Origin: Candidatus Saccharimonadota bacterium
GTDB taxonomy: Archaea > Nanohalarchaeota > Nanosalinia > Nanosalinales > Nanosalinaceae
DNA length: 32,000 nucleotides
Reading direction: 5' to 3'
Assembly (NCBI RefSeq): GCF_029232205.1
Contig: NZ_CP107255.1
Coordinates: forward strand, 90,001 to 122,000
Part shown: one piece after another, positions 1-6,636 of the stretch
Numbering within the stretch: the first letter of the stretch is position 1
How the letters are laid out: every line of letters starts with the position of its first letter
Position numbers and translations under genes: made by a program
The notes under the pieces: model-generated
Told to the model about the DNA's origin: nothing
Seen by the model: the letters and a program-made list of their open reading frames with translations, nothing else
Databases searched by the model: none

Positions 1-171
1 GAGAAGGTTGAGGAAGCTCTTTCATTGAAGAAGCCGGTTGTACATCACGAACCTGATCACCATGTTTCCGAACGGTTTAAGGCCGTTGCAGGAGATCTTG
101 CGGGTGTTGATTATGAGCCTAACCTTGCGGAGCCAGGGCTTTTCACTCGTTTGATGGGACGGTTCAGATAA
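1..171 (+). CDS. MinD/ParA-family ATPase, C-terminal fragment (5' end outside window)
   Basis: Frame 1 is open from base 1 to TAA at 169-171. My translation (EKVEEALSLKKPVVHHEPDHHVSERFKAVAGDL...) parallels the C-terminus of the next gene (HVREAIALRKPVVSHKPQSKASLAIRDVAHRV), so it looks like a tandem paralogue. Confidence 0.6.
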   Translation, partial: EKVEEALSLKKPVVHHEPDHHVSERFKAVAGDLAGVDYEPNLAEPGLFTRLMGRFR

Positions 172-178
172 GGGCACC

Positions 179-185
179 TTTTTAA
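179..185 (+). promoter_or_regulatory. TATA-like box (TTTTTAA) about 28 nt upstream of ATG 210
   Basis: AT-rich heptamer at the spacing typical of archaeal leaderless genes. No SD-like sequence lies before the ATG. Confidence 0.4.
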
Positions 186-209
186 CCCGCTGAATATAAT
201 TTTACTTTA

Positions 210-971
210 ATGACCAGGGTTATCTCTGTCGTATCTGGCAAAGGTGGTGTAGGAAAAACCACTGTAACATCTAATCTTGGCACAGCGCTCTCTAGACAGG
301 GCCACGACGTGCTTATAATCGATGGTAACTTCTCGGGTGCGAATCTAGCCCAGCATTTTGGCCTAGGTTTTTCAGACGTAACTTTCAACGATGTTCTCAG
401 AGGAGACGCATATATTACACAGGCTGTTTCCAAACATCCTGAAGGAGTTTCGATTGTTCCCGCCTCAGTACTGGAGTTCAGTACGAACGCAGATCAGCTC
501 AAACACTCTCTAGTAGAGTTTCTGGGCGACAAGGATTTCGTGTTTATTGATGCTGCCGCAGGGATCGGAGATGAAGTAGAGGCAGCTATTGAGGCCTCGG
601 ATGAGGTACTGCTTGTTTCAGAGCCAGAGCTTCCGGCATTGACTAACTGTCTTGGAGCAAAGAAGATGGCAGAGCAGCTTAACAGAGATGTTTTAGGCCT
701 AGTTGTTAACGGCGTTAAGAATGAGAAATCAGAGGTCAGCCTTGAAGATGCACAGGATTTGATGGAAACAAATATTATCGGAAAAGTTCCTGATCACAAG
801 CATGTTAGAGAGGCGATTGCCCTCAGAAAGCCGGTTGTATCTCATAAACCTCAGTCAAAGGCCTCTCTTGCTATAAGAGATGTTGCTCACAGAGTTAAGG
901 GGAATGAGCCGCCTGAAAGAGGTTTGACGGTGAGGATTAAGTCAAGTATTCACGATATTGCTCCTTTCTAG
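210..971 (+). CDS. minD: Archaeal MinD-type P-loop ATPase (MinD/ParA family)
   Basis: 253 aa ORF. Deviant Walker A VVSGKGGVGKTT at the N-terminus; DAAAG Walker B-like region; overall MinD_arch-like layout. Confidence 0.85.
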   Translation: MTRVISVVSGKGGVGKTTVTSNLGTALSRQGHDVLIIDGNFSGANLAQHFGLGFSDVTFNDVLRGDAYITQAVSKHPEGVSIVPASVLEFSTNADQLKHSLVEFLGDKDFVFIDAAAGIGDEVEAAIEASDEVLLVSEPELPALTNCLGAKKMAEQLNRDVLGLVVNGVKNEKSEVSLEDAQDLMETNIIGKVPDHKHVREAIALRKPVVSHKPQSKASLAIRDVAHRVKGNEPPERGLTVRIKSSIHDIAPF

Positions 972-993
972 ATGGCCTTGTTACTCGCTAATC

Positions 994-1000
994 TTAAATT
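994..1000 (+). promoter_or_regulatory. TATA-like box (TTAAATT) about 26 nt upstream of ATG 1023
   Basis: AT-rich box at leaderless spacing in the 51-nt spacer between minD and the HIT gene. Confidence 0.4.
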
Positions 1001-1022
1001 CAGGTATTTCTAATTTTACTTC

Positions 1023-1541
1023 ATGACTGACTTGAAGCCGTACGAGCAGTATTTATGGAGTCCAAAAAGATCAGAATATGAGGCCAAGCAGGTGCCGGAT
1101 GATATTGACTGTATTTTCTGTGCACAGGTTGAAGATGATGAAAGGGTCTCGAAGCTTCTGGTTTACGAAGATGATTTTCTGATGGTTGAACTGAATATTT
1201 TCCCATACAATACAGGCCATCTCATGGTTGTTCCGAAGAGGCACGTAAATGATCTGGCAGACCTTGAAGATGAGGAACGTGACAGGTTGTTTGCGATGGT
1301 TCAGAAAGTTGAAGAGCTTCAGGAGGAAGTTGTTGAGCCTGCAGGAATCGATATAGGTATGAATATTGGAAAGGCCGCAGGAGAATCAATTCCGCACCTT
1401 CACGTCCAGCTGGTTCCAATTTACGAAAAGGACAGAGGTTTCATGGAGACTTCTCTGGATACAAAAGTTATGAAGAAGTCTCTACCCGATGTTCAGGAAG
1501 AGTACAAGGAAAGAACAGACATTCTGGAAGACTACTGGTGA
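1023..1541 (+). CDS. HIT-superfamily nucleotidyl transferase/phosphorylase-like protein (HxHxQ variant)
   Basis: 172 aa. CIFC near the N-terminus, FPYNTGHLMVVPKRH, and a triad region IPHLHVQLVP (cac ctt cac gtc cag at 1395-1409) where Gln replaces the third His. Confidence 0.8.
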   Translation: MTDLKPYEQYLWSPKRSEYEAKQVPDDIDCIFCAQVEDDERVSKLLVYEDDFLMVELNIFPYNTGHLMVVPKRHVNDLADLEDEERDRLFAMVQKVEELQEEVVEPAGIDIGMNIGKAAGESIPHLHVQLVPIYEKDRGFMETSLDTKVMKKSLPDVQEEYKERTDILEDYW

Positions 1542-1547
1542 TCAGCA

Positions 1548-2876
1548 ATGGTCTCCTTCTTCCATTCCTATGATCTAAGAGGAACCTATCCGGACGAAAT
1601 CTCAGAAGAGGAAGCAGAAAAAGTAGGGAAGGCCTATGGAACATTTACAGATGCAGAAAAAGTACTTGTCGGCAGAGATGGCAGAGAGCACGGAGATAAA
1701 GTTGCTGAGGCCTTTATCAGAGGCATTCTTTCCACAGGTACTGATGTAGATTACGCTGGCGTTGTTCCAACCCCTGTAGTATACTATGGTCAGGTGAAAG
1801 GAGACTATGGTTCTTCAGCTGTTGTAACGGCCTCTCATAATCCCTCTGAGTATACAGGTTTCAAGTTCTGCCTTGAAGATGCTCTTGCAATGTCTCGTGA
1901 AGGAGGCATGAAAGAGATAGAGGCAATCTACGAATCTGAAGATTTTGAAGAAGGAGAGGGCCAGAGAACAGAAGTTGAAATAGTTGAACAGTATGTAGAT
2001 GCAGTCAAAGATAAGATTGGAGAACTGGATATGAATCTTGTAATCAACTGCGGAAACGGTGTAACCGGTTCCATGGCTCGTGAAATGTTTGAAAAGCTTG
2101 GAGCAAATGTGAAAATGGTTAATGAGAGGGTTGACGGCAGTTTTCCGAATCATTTGCCAGCTCCTGGAGAGGAAGAGGCCCAGCAGCAGCTTGAAGAAGC
2201 GATGAGCGATGAGCATCTTGGAATAATATTTGATGGAGATGGAGACCGTGCAGGATTCATAATTCCTGGTTATGGGTATATTGAGGAAGACAAGGTTATT
2301 GCAATACTCGCTAAAGAAAGTCTTGGCCGGCAGAAAGGCAAGGTTGTCCACGATCTCAGGGCTTCAAAGCTAGTGCCAGAGAAAGTTGAAGAGCATGGTG
2401 GAGAAGCAGTTGAGTCTCGTGTAGGCCACACATTTATCTCGGAAAAGATACATGAGGACTCTGGCGTGGTTTTCGCTGGAGAGCTTTCAGGCCATTACTA
2501 CTTCCCTGCTTTCGGTTTTCCATGGGATGACGGGCTTTTCACAGCAGCACTTATGTCAAGGATTGTCTCGGAGGAAGATGTAGTGGAAGAGCTTTATTCC
2601 TGGCCTGAGTACCCTGTCTCACCTGAAGTTAATCTTGACTGTCCGAATGATCTGAAGGAGAAAGTTATGGAAAAAGTGGCGGAGGAGTACTCCGATCATG
2701 AGACCTCTACTATGGATGGCGTTAAGATTAACTTTGAGAAGGGCTGGGCGCTTGTACGTCCTTCCAGCACCGAGCCAGTTGTAAGACTTCGCTGTGAGGC
2801 CGATACAGAGGAGGATGTCGATAGAATTCTTGAAGGAGTAGAAGCTGACGTCAAACGGTTTATTGAGGAGGCCTAG
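1548..2876 (+). CDS. Phosphohexomutase (phosphoglucomutase/phosphomannomutase)
   Basis: 442 aa. Active-site loop TASHNPSEYTGFK, metal loop FDGDGDR, sugar loop GELSGH. Starts 6 nt after the HIT gene stop. Confidence 0.9.
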   Translation: MVSFFHSYDLRGTYPDEISEEEAEKVGKAYGTFTDAEKVLVGRDGREHGDKVAEAFIRGILSTGTDVDYAGVVPTPVVYYGQVKGDYGSSAVVTASHNPSEYTGFKFCLEDALAMSREGGMKEIEAIYESEDFEEGEGQRTEVEIVEQYVDAVKDKIGELDMNLVINCGNGVTGSMAREMFEKLGANVKMVNERVDGSFPNHLPAPGEEEAQQQLEEAMSDEHLGIIFDGDGDRAGFIIPGYGYIEEDKVIAILAKESLGRQKGKVVHDLRASKLVPEKVEEHGGEAVESRVGHTFISEKIHEDSGVVFAGELSGHYYFPAFGFPWDDGLFTAALMSRIVSEEDVVEELYSWPEYPVSPEVNLDCPNDLKEKVMEKVAEEYSDHETSTMDGVKINFEKGWALVRPSSTEPVVRLRCEADTEEDVDRILEGVEADVKRFIEEA

Positions 2877-4126
2877 TTGGCCTCTTTCACAAAGCTTCCT
2901 GCTGAGATTACGTCGCCCATTCCTACCAGTCTTTTTGGATCTTCATGGATTACTGGCGGAATAGCTACTACATTGTAGCCGTCGACGCTTCCTATTCCGC
3001 TTTCCGTGAATCCTTCCATCTGGAAGAAGTCCTCGAAGTCTTCAAGGTCATCAAGCTTCTTCACGTGCTTATTATCGAAGTCCAGAGGTTCGTATTTTTC
3101 CGGTATTTCTCCTTTATCTGCCATCCGTACAGCGCAGGTCTCTCCATATAGCATGCTTTTCCTTATTTTCTCTGGTGATAGAGGATAGTCGCGGTGAGTA
3201 ACGTTCAGATGGTATCTGTAGGTGTGGATGTGCACTCTTTCAAGTCCGAACTCCTCTATAAAGAACTTTGCAAACTGGAAGGCCTCTCCAAGAGAAGGTT
3301 CCTCGTTATCAAGCTGTACGTTGAGGGCCTTCTCCAGGCTTTTCATTTCGTATTCGTCAAGGCCTATGCTCTGGATGTGTGGAAATATATATTCTTCTAG
3401 AAGGTTCAGTTTATCGCTGAGATCTACGTACTCCATGTGGATAGGAGCATCGATGTGAACAAGCTGTTCTGAGGCCTTTTTCATCTTGGCTTCCACGTTT
3501 CCATCTGCGTTGTGGAATCCTGAGAGAAGAACTCTGTCAAGGCCTTCGTTTAGTTCGTCTATATGGTCTTCTACTCCTTTTCTGAAGTATGGGCCGAATC
3601 CTCTGAGTTTGTCGGATAGTATTAGTCTGCCTGTTTTTTCTCCGTCGAATTCGAATATTCTGTTTACTTTGGTTCTGTCTGTATTTCCTGCTTCCTTTAT
3701 TGGAAGAAGCTCTAGGTTGTTGCCGGTGTTTACAGGGTATTTCATTCTCTCATCCAGGTTTTCAACCAGTTTATCGGATAGGAATGGCGTGTAGAAAACT
3801 GTGTTGTTTCCATTTTTTGCAAGGAAGTTTGCCATGATTCCGGCCTGACCTCCTATCTCTTCAACACCTCCTTCTACTTCTGGTTCAAAGTTCTGGTAGT
3901 TTACCTCCTTGTTTTTGCTGTTTTCAATACAGTATTTCAGCAGGGAGAGAAACTCTTCCTGGCTCTCCACAGAATCCAGGTTTTCAGCATCTACTTTTTC
4001 CAGATCAAGGCCTAGATCCTCTACACTGTACTTTACATCTATATTGGCATTGAATCCGACAAGTACGGAGGCCCCAGGAGATCTCATCTCCAGTTCCTGG
4101 TATCGCTCTCTCCAGATATTCTTCAC
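2873..4126 (-). CDS. ADP-dependent sugar kinase (ADP-glucokinase/ADP-phosphofructokinase family)
   Basis: 417 aa. N-terminal VLVGFNANIDV and C-terminal VGMGDVISAGSF motifs of the ADP-PFK/GK family. The start overlaps the TIM stop by 4 nt. Confidence 0.85.
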   Translation of the reverse strand: MKNIWRERYQELEMRSPGASVLVGFNANIDVKYSVEDLGLDLEKVDAENLDSVESQEEFLSLLKYCIENSKNKEVNYQNFEPEVEGGVEEIGGQAGIMANFLAKNGNNTVFYTPFLSDKLVENLDERMKYPVNTGNNLELLPIKEAGNTDRTKVNRIFEFDGEKTGRLILSDKLRGFGPYFRKGVEDHIDELNEGLDRVLLSGFHNADGNVEAKMKKASEQLVHIDAPIHMEYVDLSDKLNLLEEYIFPHIQSIGLDEYEMKSLEKALNVQLDNEEPSLGEAFQFAKFFIEEFGLERVHIHTYRYHLNVTHRDYPLSPEKIRKSMLYGETCAVRMADKGEIPEKYEPLDFDNKHVKKLDDLEDFEDFFQMEGFTESGIGSVDGYNVVAIPPVIHEDPKRLVGMGDVISAGSFVKEAN

Positions 4127-4758
4127 AGCCCGCTCACCAGTTCCTTGGCAGCTTCTCCTGGATTTTCTGCTTTAACAACTCCTGAAGCAACCAGGACGCC
4201 TTCACATCCGAGTTCAATGCTTTTACTTACGTCTTCAGAAGTTTTGATGCCGGCCCCGGTTAAAGCTGTTACAGGGGCGGCGGCCTCAACTGCTTCTTCA
4301 ATTATTTCCGGTTCTGCTTCTGCGACGGAGATATCACCGCCGATAAGTTCTGGAGGTTCGAATGCAATATAATCTGGTTCGAATTCGCTGAGTTCGGCAC
4401 ATTCTTCCGGGCTCTGCGCGCAGACAACAGTTGTTAGGCCTAGTTCCTTTGCTTTATCTACTGAGGCCTTTATCTTTTCTTTTTCAAGTCTGTTCTCGGA
4501 GTGGTTGATCAGTGTTCCTGTTGCGCCGGCCTCCTTTACTCCTTCGCCCAGAATGCTTCCTGTATGACTTCCGGGTTCTACTCCGTCGATGTGCTGTGCA
4601 AATACTTCTACTTCAGAGTCCTCGAGTCTGAGAAGGTCTTCTGGTTGAACTGAAAATATGAGTTTTTTTGGGTCAGCGACCTCTATACAGTTTTCTACAA
4701 GTTTTTCTACTTTTTCGCCTACTCCTTTTCGGTAGGCCTTCGTGTTGATTATTATCAT
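4123..4758 (-). CDS. tpiA: Triosephosphate isomerase, short archaeal type
   Basis: 211 aa. MIIINTKAY N-terminus, catalytic region LINHSENRL, GAGIKTSEDV phosphate loop. 4-nt overlaps with both neighbours. Confidence 0.85.
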   Translation of the reverse strand: MIIINTKAYRKGVGEKVEKLVENCIEVADPKKLIFSVQPEDLLRLEDSEVEVFAQHIDGVEPGSHTGSILGEGVKEAGATGTLINHSENRLEKEKIKASVDKAKELGLTTVVCAQSPEECAELSEFEPDYIAFEPPELIGGDISVAEAEPEIIEEAVEAAAPVTALTGAGIKTSEDVSKSIELGCEGVLVASGVVKAENPGEAAKELVSGL

Positions 4759-6530
4759 TGCTCTTCACCTCTCAAAATTTCAAGGTCTGGAGAGTTAAGG
4801 ACTTCAAATCCATCTTCTCCAAACTCAATGTCTAAGTATTCGTCTCCTATCCTTTTCTGAACTCTTCTTCCCTCCGCAAGATCTGAAGGGTTAATTCTTA
4901 CTGTTTCTGAATCTATGGCCTCTATTCCCAGCAGATAGCTGTCGATTACGTGCACGTACATGCCTGCACTCCAGGCCTGTTCTCCACATCCCATTAGATG
5001 GCCTTCTTCAGCATCTACTACTTCGTGGAAGCCTCCGACCTGCTCTCTCATAATATATTTCTTCATTTTTTCCAGAAAGTTCATTCCCTGGACGTCCTTT
5101 CCTTGCTGGAAGTTGGCTGCGGAAGCCCATCCGGTTGTCAGACCCCATACGCTTCCGGTATGATATCCTGATGCATCGTAGCCAGGATCAACTACTGAAC
5201 GGGTCCGGGCGCCGTGTCTGGAGGAGAACTCTGCGTTAATATCTTCCATGTACTTTTCGGAGGCCTGATCAAACATTAAAGCTATCGCAGGGTTTATTGT
5301 GAGGCTTGGATTGTCTCCAAGACTGTCAAGTATTCTATCATTCTCTATAAACTCTTCAAGGCCTTCTTCAAGATTGCTCTGAAGTGATAGGCCCTGTATC
5401 TCTGCAGCTTTCAGCCATAACGCCTGTATATCAACTGCTGAAGGTCTTTCCAGTGTGTCCATCCATGTTCCTTCGGGATCGTGCTCTACTACGCCGTTTT
5501 CATCTAGCTCCAGTTCGTGGAAGGCCTCTTCCATTTTATCCTCTATTTTCTCGCTAATCTTCCAGTGTCGTCTTAGTTTGTCAGCTGCAATCACGAAGAG
5601 AGGAGCTGCGTCTGAGTTAGGGAACTGCTGGCCTCCCTCAAGTGAGATCTGGTTGGGGAATCCTTCCTCTTCAGCAAAGTTCTCCAGTATTTCATGGCTT
5701 AACTCGAAGTGGCCTGCATCTATTAGGCCCAGAAGGGTCCAGTAGGTGTCTCTTGACCAGTAGTTCTGGAACCAGGGGTGGCCTGCGATTATTCCTTTTC
5801 CTTTCCTGTCGTATACAAGATTTTCCATGCTTCTTACAGCTGCTGAAAATCCCTGACCTAGTTTAATATTTTCAAATCCAGAATCCGAACTTTCAAGTGT
5901 TCCAAAGCTGCCTGAAGAAGTTGAAAACTCTACTTCTGCAGTTGAGGAGGATTCGGCCTCTACTTCCTCTCGGAAAATCACTCTGCCGGGTATAAAGCAT
6001 TCCTGCTCGACTCCTCCAGGATAGTGAGTTTTGTACTGTGAATCCTTCTCTACCTTGAAGTCTTTGCCGGATATCATCAATTTCTTGTCATTTCTGGAAA
6101 CTGAGAGCTTGCCTTTTCCGGTTTCAACACTGTATTCTCCTTCGGCAATATCTTCTGACTTGCTTCTAATATCTACTGCTGGCTCAACCACTATGTGGGC
6201 CGCTTTCTTGCTTGAATTATTGTTCTGTATTTCCAGGCTGATTCTGAATCCTGGAAGCTGATCAGGCGTCTCCACAATTTCTTTTACATCCAGAGAGCCA
6301 GCTTTGTGGTGAAAAATCATTTTTTCTCCGTACTCAACGTTTCTGACTGTTGACTCGTTTATCCATACGCCGTTGATCTTGATGGCGTAGTAGTCCAGAA
6401 ACTTGTACGGAGGAACCCAGTATCCGCTCCATTTGGATTTGAATCCTGTGTCGAAGTGACGGTTGAGAAAGCCATGTAGATTTGAAATAACGCCGTACTT
6501 CTTGGAGAGATCCTGATTTAAACTGTACAT
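4755..6530 (-). CDS. Archaeal-type glycogen debranching enzyme (amylo-alpha-1,6-glucosidase, GDE_C family)
   Basis: ORF 4755..6683 trimmed to ATG at 6530 (MYSLNQDL...). The upstream 51 codons run through the divergent promoter, and a TATA-like box sits about 29 nt upstream of 6530. Motifs GHPWFQNYWSRDTYW and GYHTGSVWG. Confidence 0.85.
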   Translation of the reverse strand: MYSLNQDLSKKYGVISNLHGFLNRHFDTGFKSKWSGYWVPPYKFLDYYAIKINGVWINESTVRNVEYGEKMIFHHKAGSLDVKEIVETPDQLPGFRISLEIQNNNSSKKAAHIVVEPAVDIRSKSEDIAEGEYSVETGKGKLSVSRNDKKLMISGKDFKVEKDSQYKTHYPGGVEQECFIPGRVIFREEVEAESSSTAEVEFSTSSGSFGTLESSDSGFENIKLGQGFSAAVRSMENLVYDRKGKGIIAGHPWFQNYWSRDTYWTLLGLIDAGHFELSHEILENFAEEEGFPNQISLEGGQQFPNSDAAPLFVIAADKLRRHWKISEKIEDKMEEAFHELELDENGVVEHDPEGTWMDTLERPSAVDIQALWLKAAEIQGLSLQSNLEEGLEEFIENDRILDSLGDNPSLTINPAIALMFDQASEKYMEDINAEFSSRHGARTRSVVDPGYDASGYHTGSVWGLTTGWASAANFQQGKDVQGMNFLEKMKKYIMREQVGGFHEVVDAEEGHLMGCGEQAWSAGMYVHVIDSYLLGIEAIDSETVRINPSDLAEGRRVQKRIGDEYLDIEFGEDGFEVLNSPDLEILRGEEQ

Positions 6531-6553
6531 AGAAAATATACGGAACTCGGCCG

Positions 6554-6564
6554 AGTATAAAACC
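6554..6564 (-). promoter_or_regulatory. BRE/TATA-like element GGTTTTATACT (minus strand) for the GDE-TIM-ADP kinase operon
   Basis: Reverse complement of agtataaaacc. 23 nt separate it from ATG 6530. It mirrors the element at 6603-6614. Confidence 0.5.
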
Positions 6565-6602
6565 TTCATTTTAACCAGCAAGTAGTAATGGAAACGGCCG
6601 TT

Positions 6603-6614
6603 GGTTTTTATACT
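6603..6614 (+). promoter_or_regulatory. BRE/TATA-like element GGTTTTTATACT for the glycogen synthase-PGI-glycosyltransferase operon
   Basis: 22 nt separate it from ATG 6637. Near-identical to the minus-strand element at 6554-6564. Confidence 0.5.
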
Positions 6615-6636
6615 GAGCAAGAAGAACTTATTCAGT

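Noticed and set aside
1815-2351. 178-aa minus-strand ORF antisense to the phosphohexomutase gene
   Set aside because: Shadow ORF with basic, hydrophobic composition. The plus strand encodes the TASHNP/FDGDGDR enzyme.
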